Counted from the stretch's first letter, positions 16,859 to 26,300 are shown. The stretch: 46,079 bases of DNA from Anaerolineae bacterium (GCA_049975585.1 JBNGEB010000002.1:1-46079); one strand, 5' to 3'. A program made the numbers and translations. The notes: generated by a model not told the origin, from the sequence alone.

Positions 16859-18994
16859 ATGGGCAAAGCGGGTAGGCAGGAGCCATCCGAGAAAGAGCAC
16901 GCGCTCCACCCAGCGCGTGTTGCCCTGCGTGGCTTGCTCTTGGCGGCGCTCGTGCTCGCGGCCTGGATCGGGATCCTGGCCCTGGATGGCTCCAGTAGTC
17001 AACTTGCCGTTACCGAGGGCGAGCCCTCGCCCCGCGACGTCAAGGCTCCCCATAACGTCACCTATGTGAGCGATGTCAAGACGCGTCAGGCCCAGGATGA
17101 GGCCGCAGAACTCGTCGAGGACGTGTACGTCGGGCCCGACAGTCAGGTTGTGGAGGCCCAGTTGGCACGTCTGGACCAGATCATCGCGTTCATCACCGCC
17201 CTCCGTCATGACGAGTTCCAAGAACCGAGCGACAAGCTTGCCTTGCTGTCACAAGTTCCAGAGCTGGCGCTCACCGGTCCTGACCTGGAGCAGATCCTCA
17301 CCGTCTCCGAAGACTCGTGGCTGAGGATCGCCTCGGAGAGCCGTCGCATTCTTGAAACGGTTCTAGGGGACCAGATCAGACCCAGCGAGCTTCCACAGGC
17401 CAAACAACGTATCGCTCGGCTCGCGACCCAATCTCTCGGTGAGGATGCGCGACGGGCTAGCGTGCTCCTCGCCCAAAGCCTGGTCGTCGCCAACACGTTC
17501 TCTGACCCTGAAATGACGGAGGCCAATCGGCAGGCAGCGCGAGAAGCGGTTGAGCCAGTGATATGGAGCCTTCGCGCAGGGGAGGTCATCCTCCGCGAAG
17601 GCGAGATCGTCACTCCCTTTGCCATCGAGCAACTGCGGGTCCTTTCGCTTCTTGAACAACGTCCGACGCTCGAGGATCAGCTCACCATCGTGCTCTTTGT
17701 GCTCATGCTCATTGTAGCTCTAGGCTTTTACACAGCGCGGACCCAGCCGCTAGTCATCCAGCGCGCCAAGCGGGAACTGCTTCTGGTGGTTCTGCTGGTG
17801 GGTGTTGCCGTGGCAGCGCGGGTAGTTGTGCCCGCCAAAGGGATAGCTCCCTATCTCTTCCCGGCGGCTACGGCATCCATGCTCGTGGTGCTTTTCCTTG
17901 ATCTACAGCTAGCGATGGTAGTGTCGGCAGTGGTAGCAGCGTTAGTAGGCTTTGTCGCGTCGCGCTCGTTTGAGGTCACTATCTATGTGATGGTCGGTTC
18001 CATCATCGGCGCGCTCTCGTTATGGCGCCTCGATCAGCTTGGATCTTTTTTGCGCGCCATGGCATACCTCGCCTTGGCCAATTCTATGCTCGTTCTAGCC
18101 TTCGAGTTGCCATACGGGGCTAGCGAACCAATCCGTCTTCTGACACCGATCGCTGCTGCTGTTACCAACGCCCTCCTGTCGACCAGCCTAGCGTTCGTGG
18201 CCTTTGCCTTTGTCGGGCGCGCGTTCGGCATCACAACGTCGCTCCAGCTTCTGGATCTCGCTCGTCCAACGCATCCTTTGTTCCGCCAGCTACTCATCAA
18301 GGCCCCAGGGACATATCACCACTTGTTGATCGTGAGTAACATGGCTGAACGGGCTGCTGAGGCCATCGGCGCTGACCCCCTCCTGGTTCGAGTGGGGTCC
18401 TACTACCATGACATCGGCAAGCTGAACCGCCCCTACTTTTTCTCCGAGAACCAGTTTGAAGGCGACAATCCACATGATACGTTGGATCCCCATACCAGCG
18501 CAGATATCATCATCGGCCATGTGATAGAAGGCATCGCCCTAGCGGACAAGTATGGCCTGCCAGAACGCATCAAGGACTTTGTGAGAGAACATCACGGCAC
18601 CACGTTGGTGAACTATTTCTACCGCGTGGCAGCCAACGCATCCGAAGACGGCAACGTGGACGAGGATCGCTTCCGCTATCCCGGACCTCGACCGCAATCT
18701 CGGGAGACGGCTATCGTCATGTTGGCGGATGGCATAGAGGCGAGCGTTCGCGCGCAACGTCCAGCCGACAATGACGCTATCGAACGGGTCATCCGCCAGA
18801 TCATCAACGATCGGCTGGTTGCCGGCCAACTGGATGAGTGCGATCTCACCCTCAAGGATCTAGACCGAATCCGACAGGCTTTTGCGGAGGTCATCCAGAG
18901 CGTGTTCCATCCACGCATCCAGTATCCAGACCGCACCCGTAGGCGCTCACCACAACGAGCGGCTCCGGAAGAGGTACAGCGTGACGCTTCCTGA
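16859..18994 (+). CDS. pgpH: 7TM-HD membrane phosphohydrolase (PgpH/YqfF-type, c-di-AMP phosphodiesterase family)
   Basis: Extracellular N-domain, 7 TM helices, C-terminal HD domain (HHLLIVSNM...YYHDIGK...REHHG); 711 aa. Confidence 0.8.
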   Translation: MGKAGRQEPSEKEHALHPARVALRGLLLAALVLAAWIGILALDGSSSQLAVTEGEPSPRDVKAPHNVTYVSDVKTRQAQDEAAELVEDVYVGPDSQVVEAQLARLDQIIAFITALRHDEFQEPSDKLALLSQVPELALTGPDLEQILTVSEDSWLRIASESRRILETVLGDQIRPSELPQAKQRIARLATQSLGEDARRASVLLAQSLVVANTFSDPEMTEANRQAAREAVEPVIWSLRAGEVILREGEIVTPFAIEQLRVLSLLEQRPTLEDQLTIVLFVLMLIVALGFYTARTQPLVIQRAKRELLLVVLLVGVAVAARVVVPAKGIAPYLFPAATASMLVVLFLDLQLAMVVSAVVAALVGFVASRSFEVTIYVMVGSIIGALSLWRLDQLGSFLRAMAYLALANSMLVLAFELPYGASEPIRLLTPIAAAVTNALLSTSLAFVAFAFVGRAFGITTSLQLLDLARPTHPLFRQLLIKAPGTYHHLLIVSNMAERAAEAIGADPLLVRVGSYYHDIGKLNRPYFFSENQFEGDNPHDTLDPHTSADIIIGHVIEGIALADKYGLPERIKDFVREHHGTTLVNYFYRVAANASEDGNVDEDRFRYPGPRPQSRETAIVMLADGIEASVRAQRPADNDAIERVIRQIINDRLVAGQLDECDLTLKDLDRIRQAFAEVIQSVFHPRIQYPDRTRRRSPQRAAPEEVQRDAS

Positions 18995-19379
18995 GCGACC
19001 ATTCCGCGGCAACCTCATAGAAAGTTTCCGTCATGCTTTCCATGGCTTGCAGTACGTCCTCCGAGCGGAACGCAATGTGCGCGTGCATCTGATGATCGCC
19101 TCAGTCGTCACAGTTGTCGGCCTTTGGCTTGGACTAGATGCCGTCGAATGGGCATTGATCGTTTTTGCCATCGCGCTCGTACTCGTAGGAGAGCTGATTA
19201 ACTCGGTGACCGAGCTCACTATCGATCTCGTCTGTCCGAACTATGACATACGCGCCAAACATGCAAAGGACATGGTAGCAGCCGCTATCCTCGTGGCCGC
19301 GCTCGCCTCTGTCTGCATTGGAGTCCTAGTGCTCGGCCCGCCGCTGTTAGCCAAGGTGAGCGCGCTCTTTCGCGGCTAG
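18981..19379 (+). CDS. dgkA: diacylglycerol/undecaprenol kinase DgkA
   Basis: FRHAFHGL...ERNVRVH...ELINSVTE motifs. GTG 18981 after GGAAGAGG; 14-nt overlap with pgpH. Confidence 0.8.
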   Translation: MTLPERPFRGNLIESFRHAFHGLQYVLRAERNVRVHLMIASVVTVVGLWLGLDAVEWALIVFAIALVLVGELINSVTELTIDLVCPNYDIRAKHAKDMVAAAILVAALASVCIGVLVLGPPLLAKVSALFRG

Positions 19380-19414
19380 GCTCTTTGAGGCACACCAGTC
19401 CAAGGGAGAAGGGC

Positions 19415-20128
19415 ATGGATCTACGGCAATACTGGGCCGTCTTTCGCCGACGCGTGTGGATCGTCGTGCTGCTAGTAACCGCCACCGGCCTGAGCTATGC
19501 CATCGCGCCGCCACCACGCACCAGCGGCTATGTTGCTAGCATGCGGTTTGTCGTCGGCGTGCTCCCTGAGGAATCCGATGGCTCCTTTTACACGTACGAT
19601 CGCTACTACACTTGGCTCACGGCTGAGTATCTCGTAGATGACCTAAGCGAGGTAGTCAAGAGTCGCGCCTTCGCTAGCGACGTTGCGGAGCTATCTGGCA
19701 TCGCTGTGCCCACGGGAGCCATCCAAGGCGCGACCTCAGCGGGCAAACTGCACCGCATCCTTTCGGTCAGCGTCACCTGGCACGATGCCCAGGAGCTCGA
19801 AGCCATCGCGGATGCCGTCGTCGAGACACTCACACAACGAGCTGGCACGTATCTAGCACAACTCGGCACAGAGCAAACCCTTGTGCACGCCATCGATCCC
19901 CCCGTCGTAGCCCCCCTTCAGCCATCGCTCAGAGAGAGGTTGGATCTTGTCCTGCGATTAGGACTGGCCCTTGTGGTCGGCGTGATCGCTATCTTTGGAC
20001 TCCACGCTCTCGACCGGTCGGTCAGAACCAGAGAAGAGGTCGAAGCCTTGGGGGTGCCAGTCTTGGCACAGATTCCGCCTACGCGCTCGTGGTGGCATCG
20101 CGCGATCTTCCGGCGCGCCGATCGCTAG
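19415..20128 (+). CDS. Wzz/chain-length-determinant (polysaccharide co-polymerase) family protein
   Basis: N-terminal MDLRQYWAVFRRRVWIVVLLV TM helix, periplasmic/extracytoplasmic loop, C-terminal TM. ATG 19415 after AAGGGAGAAGGG. Confidence 0.7.
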   Translation: MDLRQYWAVFRRRVWIVVLLVTATGLSYAIAPPPRTSGYVASMRFVVGVLPEESDGSFYTYDRYYTWLTAEYLVDDLSEVVKSRAFASDVAELSGIAVPTGAIQGATSAGKLHRILSVSVTWHDAQELEAIADAVVETLTQRAGTYLAQLGTEQTLVHAIDPPVVAPLQPSLRERLDLVLRLGLALVVGVIAIFGLHALDRSVRTREEVEALGVPVLAQIPPTRSWWHRAIFRRADR

Positions 20129-20214
20129 CGCCCCGGCCGCCCCGCGTACGGCTTTGGTCCGCCTCTCGGCGAATGGTATAATGCCAGCGCTCGATAGGTC
20201 ACTAGGAGGCATAA

Positions 20215-20904
20215 GTGGAGCTATCTGCATACCTGCGGATTCTAGGCAAGCGTGGTTGGATCCTGGTCCTGAGCGTCGTCATCGTCGCAGCTAGCGCCTT
20301 TGTCTTTAGCCGCATTCAGACACCAGTGTACCGATCGACGGTGTATCTCAACGTTATGCCGGCTCGGATGGACTGGGGGTTGCAGCAGGTGGTTCGAGGC
20401 GTGATGCGAAACTATGCAGGCACCATCGCCTCGCGCCCCAACGCGCAGGAGGTCATAGACCGCCTGCAACTGGACATCACCCCCGAACAGCTCCTGGCAA
20501 AGATCACTGTAAGCCCTAACGAGGCCGACCTCGTCCTCCAGATCAATGCGGATGACTATGATCCACTAATAGCGCGTGACATCGCCCAAACCTCCGCTGA
20601 GGTATTTGTCGAGCAGATCAATGCTTATATGTTGGATCAAGACAAACGCGATCGCGTGGCCGTTACCATTCGCGACTATGCGCTACCTGGCACGCTCCAC
20701 AAGCCCAAATGGAAGATCAACGTGCTGGCAGGAGCCGGGTTCGGCCTTATTCTCGGCGTGTTGATCATCTTTGTGCTCGAGTGGCTTGCCTCAGAGATCA
20801 TCCACACACCCGACGACATCGAGCGAGAGATGGATGTGGCGGTCTTGGGCGTGATCCCCAGCACAAGCGGCACTAGGATGCGATCGGAGCACACCCTCCC
20901 TTAG
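20215..20904 (+). CDS. Wzz/chain-length-determinant family protein (second, diverged copy)
   Basis: Same two-TM architecture (YLRILGKRGWILVLSVVIV ... GFGLILGVLIIFVLEWL). GTG start after GGAGG. Confidence 0.7.
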   Translation: MELSAYLRILGKRGWILVLSVVIVAASAFVFSRIQTPVYRSTVYLNVMPARMDWGLQQVVRGVMRNYAGTIASRPNAQEVIDRLQLDITPEQLLAKITVSPNEADLVLQINADDYDPLIARDIAQTSAEVFVEQINAYMLDQDKRDRVAVTIRDYALPGTLHKPKWKINVLAGAGFGLILGVLIIFVLEWLASEIIHTPDDIEREMDVAVLGVIPSTSGTRMRSEHTLP

Positions 20905-20933
20905 CACGGGCTCCGCAGCAGGAGGAAGCATCG

Positions 20934-21599
20934 ATGACCGACACACCGGACCTCGTCACCCTCACAGACCCCCAGTCACCCGCAGCGGAAGCTTACCGCA
21001 CGTTGCGCATGAACTTGCAGTTCGCCGCTCTAGACAGCGATCTGCGGACGCTATTGGTGACCTCCCCAGGGCCTGGGGAAGGAAAGACCACCACGCTGGC
21101 CAATCTGGCCGTCACTATGGCCCAGATCGACCAACGCATCATCGTCGCAGACTGCGATCTCCGCAAACCGTACCTTCATCGTCTCTTTGACGTCTCGAAC
21201 GAGCTCGGCCTGACGACTATGCTGCTCGAAGACGACGCGCTGGCCAACCCGCCTCTGCAAGAGACAGCGGTGACCGGCTTGAGCGTCCTTCCAAGCGGCC
21301 CGCTGCCGCCACGGCCCGCAGATCTTCTCGGCTCCAAACGGATGCTCAAAGTCATCGACGAGCTTTGCAAGGAGGCAGACGTCGTCCTGTTCGACGCTCC
21401 CCCTGTCATGGCAGTGACGGACGCGGCGGTCCTGGCCACGCGCTTGGACGGGGTACTCCTCGTTGTGAGCGCTGGCGAGACCAAACGAGAGCATGCTTCA
21501 GATGCGCTGGAACGTCTGCGCAAGATCAATGCCAACATTGTTGGCGCCGTCCTGAACAACGCTGCCATCGAACCATCCCTCGCTGGCTACTATCGCTAA
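20934..21599 (+). CDS. CpsD/CapB-type bacterial tyrosine kinase (BY-kinase) catalytic subunit
   Basis: Walker A SPGPGEGKTT, Walker A' VADCDLRKP, Walker B VLFDAPP; 221 aa. The C-terminal tail ends in only two tyrosines (...SLAGYYR). Confidence 0.8.
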   Translation: MTDTPDLVTLTDPQSPAAEAYRTLRMNLQFAALDSDLRTLLVTSPGPGEGKTTTLANLAVTMAQIDQRIIVADCDLRKPYLHRLFDVSNELGLTTMLLEDDALANPPLQETAVTGLSVLPSGPLPPRPADLLGSKRMLKVIDELCKEADVVLFDAPPVMAVTDAAVLATRLDGVLLVVSAGETKREHASDALERLRKINANIVGAVLNNAAIEPSLAGYYR

Positions 21600-22065
21600 C
21601 ATTCCATCCTGCACAGATGCCCCAGTCGGCCCCATCCAACACGGATCGGGGTCGCCTTGTGAATTGAGAATAATCGCTACACAGACCCTGTGGATAAGTC
21701 TGTTCGTGGTTGTGGATTAGGTGGAAAACCTGTGCATAGCCTAGGCCGGTTATCCCCGTCTCACTCACAGGTCATCGATACGGCTTTATGATTCTGGTAG
21801 GTTTTTTATGCTTTCCTCTTTGTACTCTAGACTCGCCATACATCTCAACAGGTATAGCTGCTGCCAAGCTTTCCAGTTATATCCAGAAGTTATCCACAGT
21901 CGATGGGGATTATCCACCACAACATATAAAGCCCACACAACCGTGTACCACAACCGGTAGGGGATTCTCCATTCCTTTCCACATATCCACACGCCCTACG
22001 ACGACGACGATACTCTATAGATCCTCCAATAAGCTATATAGAATCTCCCGGAAAGGAGTTGTCAG
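21600..22065. other. AT-rich non-coding island with a DnaA-box cluster (oriC-like)
   Basis: Boxes on the minus strand: TGTGGATAA 21689-21697 (perfect TTATCCACA), TGTGGATTA 21711-21719, GGTGGAAAA 21720-21728. Boxes on the plus strand: TTATCCACA 21890-21898 (perfect), TTATCCACC 21910-21918, ATATCCACA 21983-21991, weaker TTATCCCCG 21750-21758 and CTTTCCACA 21975-21983. Hand count gives about 40-43% G+C for 21781-21900. Confidence 0.55.
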
Positions 22066-22734
22066 GTGCTAGATATCAAAGATCCATTCGTTGAGCGTCG
22101 TAGGGCCATGGTGGAATCGCAGATTGTAGCCCGTGGTGTGAAGGATGAGCGAATCCTAGCTGCCATGGCAAAGGTTCCTCGGCACCGATTCATGTCGGCC
22201 CAGGACAGGTCGCAAGCGTACGCCGATCGACCCGTGCCCATCGGGTGGGGCCAGACCATCTCGCAGCCGTATATTGTGGCTGCCATGACCGCGCTGCTCC
22301 ATTTACAGCCAGACAGCCGCGTTCTGGAGATCGGAACGGGCTCTGGCTACCAGACAGCCATACTTGCCGAACTAGCGGGGGCGGTGTTCACCATCGAGGT
22401 GGTTCCAAGTCTCATCGATCGGGCGAGGGAGGTCCTGGATGAGCTAGGATACAACAACATCCACTTCAGGTGTGGCAATGGACGCGACGGATGGCCCGAA
22501 GAGGCTCCCTTTGATGGTATCATCGTGACCTGCGCGCCAGAACAAGTGCCCGATCAGCTTGTTGCACAGCTAGCCGACGATGGACGGATGGTCATCCCTG
22601 TGGGTCCGCCGGGTGGGGTGCAGATGCTCTATCTGGTGACCAAACACGGTGGGCGCATTGTGCGCACGCCCAAGATGAGCGTAAGGTTCGTTCCGCTGAT
22701 GCCTCCGTCTGACAAGTACGGCGAGGAGAGCTAG
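22066..22734 (+). CDS. pcm: protein-L-isoaspartate O-methyltransferase
   Basis: ISQPYIVA and EIGTGSGYQTAILA SAM motifs. GTG start after GGAAAGGAG. Confidence 0.85.
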   Translation: MLDIKDPFVERRRAMVESQIVARGVKDERILAAMAKVPRHRFMSAQDRSQAYADRPVPIGWGQTISQPYIVAAMTALLHLQPDSRVLEIGTGSGYQTAILAELAGAVFTIEVVPSLIDRAREVLDELGYNNIHFRCGNGRDGWPEEAPFDGIIVTCAPEQVPDQLVAQLADDGRMVIPVGPPGGVQMLYLVTKHGGRIVRTPKMSVRFVPLMPPSDKYGEES

Positions 22735-24425
22735 CGGTTCCAGGGAAGCTTGTAGTCGATGCCCATTTCACGGGCTTTTGCATAGAAAACGCGTTCTGTG
22801 GCCATGTACCAGTCCAGCGAGGTTTGCAGGCGATCGCTCCCATCGATCGTCGGGCCGACCTGAACGCCCCGTACGTCGGCATCCACCGCATAGCTGTAGA
22901 TAGGCTGGTACAGGAGGATGGCAGGAACATCCTCGACGAAGAGGCGCTGGAAGCGGTAGTAGAGGTCCCTTCGCAAGTCTAGATCGGTAGTGGCACGAGC
23001 CGTCTCTAGCAGGCGATCAGCGTCTGGATTGATATAGCCGCCAAAGTTGAGTCCGTTTTCGCTGACCTGCGTCGAGTGCCAGTAAGCATAGGGATCCGGG
23101 TCCGGCGGTAAGCTCTCCCATCCACCCAAGATGGCGTCATAGCGACGCCGTCTGAGCTGGTCTTGGATCAGCTCATCCCACGGTACGACAGTGGTCTCGA
23201 CCTGGATGCCTATCTCAGCAAGCTGCTCAGATATGCATTCGATCATCGCTTGTCGGGCTGCATCTCCCTCGTTCGTGGCAAGCGTAAACGCGAGCTGGAC
23301 TGCTCCGCGCGAGCGAACGCCATCCTCATCGGGATCGAGCCAGCCGGCCTCTTCGAGCACGGCGCGGGCTTTTTGCGTATCCTGGTGGTATGTGGGTGCA
23401 TCGGGATCAAAAGCCCACGAGTTCGGCAGGATGGGCGTATCCAGCACGATGCCTTGGCCGTGAAGCACCTCGTCGACCAGTGCTTGGCGATCAAGTGCCC
23501 ACATGATGGCCTGACGGACCGCACGGTCTTGGAAGACGGCGCGGTCTAGGTTCAGGAAAACGAGCGTGTAGCCTGAGAGAGGAGCTGAATATAGCGTGAG
23601 GTTGGGGGCTTGCCTCACGAATTCCAGGTGTTCCGGAAGTACCCGCGATATGCCAGAGATCTCTCCTCTCGTATAGGCTTCATAGACTGCGGTCAAGGAG
23701 GGATAGAACCGAAAGGTGATGCGGTCCAGAAAGGGGCCGTTGTTCTCATCAGCTCGATAGTACGCAGGATGGGGTACCAAGGAGACGCTGCGTGCGCTAA
23801 CCTGCTCGATCTTCCACGGACCTGTCCCAATGGGTGTGGCGTTAAAGGTGGCAGAAGGCAAGTCACTCGCGCTGATGCCGCCGAGGATGTGAGCTGGGAG
23901 AATGCCTACCGTTGCATAGTCCAGGAAGGGGGTAAATGGCTCCCGCAACACGAACCGAACCGTATGGATGTCCAGCTTCTGGATGACGACATTGCGCCAC
24001 ATCTCGGCCAGGAAGGCTGCCCCAGCATAGTTCGGATCTTGGATGGCCGTGAGAGTATATACAACGTCATCAGCAGTGAAGGGGGCTCCATCATGCCAGG
24101 TGACGTCTTGTCTCAGATAGAAGGTATAGATTGTCTCATCAGGGCTGATTTCCCATCGCTCCGCCAGATCGGGCACAATCGTCCCGTCCGTCTCGGCGCG
24201 GACCAGTCCAGAAAACACGAGCGAGGCGATGTCACGATCTACGGGATTGGCGTGGCAGAGGATGGGATTAATCATCCGAGGGTTACCCGCAACACCCTCA
24301 ACATACGTGCCGCCGCTCACGGGCACCTCAACGGTAGCCACCTGATAGGAGATATAGGCTACGCTCGCTATCAGAACAATGAGCCCTAGCAGCGTAAGCA
24401 GTACTGGCGGGCGGCTGCGAGCCAT
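22731..24425 (-). CDS. ABC transporter substrate-binding protein, family 5 (peptide/nickel type)
   Basis: 564 aa. N-terminal signal/TM anchor and SBP_bac_5-like core (WHDGAPFTADDV...). No cognate permease or ATPase genes are adjacent. Confidence 0.75.
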   Translation of the reverse strand: MARSRPPVLLTLLGLIVLIASVAYISYQVATVEVPVSGGTYVEGVAGNPRMINPILCHANPVDRDIASLVFSGLVRAETDGTIVPDLAERWEISPDETIYTFYLRQDVTWHDGAPFTADDVVYTLTAIQDPNYAGAAFLAEMWRNVVIQKLDIHTVRFVLREPFTPFLDYATVGILPAHILGGISASDLPSATFNATPIGTGPWKIEQVSARSVSLVPHPAYYRADENNGPFLDRITFRFYPSLTAVYEAYTRGEISGISRVLPEHLEFVRQAPNLTLYSAPLSGYTLVFLNLDRAVFQDRAVRQAIMWALDRQALVDEVLHGQGIVLDTPILPNSWAFDPDAPTYHQDTQKARAVLEEAGWLDPDEDGVRSRGAVQLAFTLATNEGDAARQAMIECISEQLAEIGIQVETTVVPWDELIQDQLRRRRYDAILGGWESLPPDPDPYAYWHSTQVSENGLNFGGYINPDADRLLETARATTDLDLRRDLYYRFQRLFVEDVPAILLYQPIYSYAVDADVRGVQVGPTIDGSDRLQTSLDWYMATERVFYAKAREMGIDYKLPWNR

Positions 24426-24447
24426 GGCGTTCCGCTTTCGCGATAAG

Positions 24448-24669
24448 CTATGCTTGTAGGATGACGCTCAGCAGCGACATCAGGAAAAAGACCGCAGCCA
24501 AGCCGATGGTGATCTGGAACATGGTCTTCTCGACGCCGCGCCGAGTGCGATGGATCGAGCTATCGCCACCCAGCATACTCCCGAGCCCCGCCGTGCGGCT
24601 CTGGAGTATGATCAGCGCGATCAAAGCCAGAGAGATGATTATCTGGGCGATGTTCAGGTAGGAACGCAA
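24448..24669 (-). CDS. secG: preprotein translocase subunit SecG
   Basis: 73 aa from TTG 24669 (GGAGG 6 nt upstream): two TM helices flanking LGGDSS...RRG. The ORF-track N-terminal extension to 24813 has no support. Confidence 0.75.
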   Translation of the reverse strand: MRSYLNIAQIIISLALIALIILQSRTAGLGSMLGGDSSIHRTRRGVEKTMFQITIGLAAVFFLMSLLSVILQA

Positions 24670-24705
24670 GGGTGACCTCCACACCGATTGGATGCAACCT
24701 GGCCG

Positions 24706-24734
24706 ATTATAGCACCTGACTAGAGAGTGAGCAA
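24706..24734 (-). promoter_or_regulatory. putative secG promoter TTGCTC-17-TATAAT
   Basis: Minus-strand hexamers: TATAAT at 24706-24711, TTGCTC at 24729-24734. Confidence 0.4.
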
Positions 24735-25016
24735 GACAGTGTGCTCGCTGAGTGGACGAGCGGTTCGCGTTGACGGTCAAAGAGAGCAGGCGTATGCTCC
24801 GCACGAAGAGCATCTGGATGAGCTCGCGGAGTTGTGTCCCCTGTTTATGCCTCGCACGCTGGTTCCGGACGAGGCCACTGTTGAGCGCATCAGCGCGTGG
24901 GTGCGAGATGAGGGCATGCTGGTTTGCGAGTCCGAGTGTGGTGCCTGGCCGTTCTCTTGCCCGAGTCTGTGACCAGTTGGCTAGCGGATCGGATCTTCGG
25001 AATCAACTACATAAGA

Positions 25017-26219
25017 TTAGGGGCGAGGGGCAGTCTCTAGGCCGTCGCTCAGGAGGCGTGTGCCCAAGAGCCCTAGAGCCAGCGCCGCGATCCCGGTGAC
25101 GATGAATGTGGGGCGAATGCCCACAGCATCACCCAGAATGCCGCTGAACCACGGTCCGGCGAACATGCCAATCGCGTACACGGCCTGATGGAAGCCCATG
25201 GCCGTGGAACGCTGCTCCTCAGGGATAGTGCGAATAGAGAGCCCCATGAGCGTGGGCGCAAGGATGCCCATAGACAGGCCTACGCAGAGCTGGGCGGCAA
25301 AGAGGACAGGCAGCATGGGAGCCCACGCGACGCCCACGAGGCCGACGGCCAGGGAAGCAAACCCAACGGTGGCAAGCGTCTGGTTGGAGACGCGCTTTGA
25401 GAAGGTGGCCGTGCCCAGGTTTGCCAGCATGATGACGGCGACGTTCAAGCTGATCATGATGCCCAGCAACGTGTCCGTGGCGCCGAGCTCCTCGGCCAGG
25501 ATGGGCGTAAAGCCGAACGTAGATGCCCAGTTAGCGTACTGGGCTACGAGGGCTAGCACCGACGGGACCAGGACATCCGTCTGAAAAAGCAGGGATTTGA
25601 GCCCTGACACAGCGGGCTGCACCGATGGGCGTTGCGTCTCCCGCGTGGCAAGCATGCATACCATCGCCGCTACGCCGCTCGCGGAGGCTAGGTAGAATGC
25701 CAACGAGTACCCACCTAGCTCATTGAGAGGGCCATTGACGCCAGTAGCGAGCATCCGGCCGAGAGAGCCAACGAGAGTCAGCAACGCCGTGGCACGGACG
25801 GACTCTTCTGGCGGGAATAGGCCGCTGAACGCAACGACCAGGAGGACCCACGTTCCTGCCGAAAGCCCCGTGATGGCTCGTCCGACGGCCAAGCCGGTGA
25901 TGCCGGCTGCTGATGCCATCACCAGAGCGCCAAGCGACGTGAGGGCGAACCCGGCCAGGATGAGATGGCGGCGTCGCCCGAGCCAGTCCGCCAAGATGCC
26001 CAAGGGCAGGCGAATCACCGCTTGCCAGAGCCCGTACATGGAGAGGACTGTCCCAACCAGGGCGAGGCGATCGGTCTTGCTGGCGGCATAGGTTGGCAGC
26101 GTGGGCACGTACAGGTAGAGCGCGATCCAGTAAAAGAACACGGCGGCGGCATAGAGGCCGATCGAGCGGCGACGCGTATCCGAGGATTCGGAAGCATCGG
26201 TGGATGGCGATGGACTCAC
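25017..26219 (-). CDS. MFS transporter
   Basis: 12-TM MFS pattern. Start placed at GTG 26219 (AAGGAG 6 nt upstream); alternative ATG 26264. The ORF-track start at 26660 overlaps cobO on the other strand. Confidence 0.75.
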   Translation of the reverse strand: MSPSPSTDASESSDTRRRSIGLYAAAVFFYWIALYLYVPTLPTYAASKTDRLALVGTVLSMYGLWQAVIRLPLGILADWLGRRRHLILAGFALTSLGALVMASAAGITGLAVGRAITGLSAGTWVLLVVAFSGLFPPEESVRATALLTLVGSLGRMLATGVNGPLNELGGYSLAFYLASASGVAAMVCMLATRETQRPSVQPAVSGLKSLLFQTDVLVPSVLALVAQYANWASTFGFTPILAEELGATDTLLGIMISLNVAVIMLANLGTATFSKRVSNQTLATVGFASLAVGLVGVAWAPMLPVLFAAQLCVGLSMGILAPTLMGLSIRTIPEEQRSTAMGFHQAVYAIGMFAGPWFSGILGDAVGIRPTFIVTGIAALALGLLGTRLLSDGLETAPRP

Positions 26220-26300
26220 GTGAGTCTCCTTGGCATAGGGATCTGGCTCGCACAATCGCATCATCCTACTGAACAAAGCCGATAGGCGCAAACGCACGGG

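Noticed and set aside
21786-22072. ORFs 21786-21992(-) and 21788-22072(+) inside the AT-rich island.
   Set aside because: They have odd composition and no RBS, overlap each other completely, and coincide with the DnaA-box arrays. The region is better explained as non-coding.
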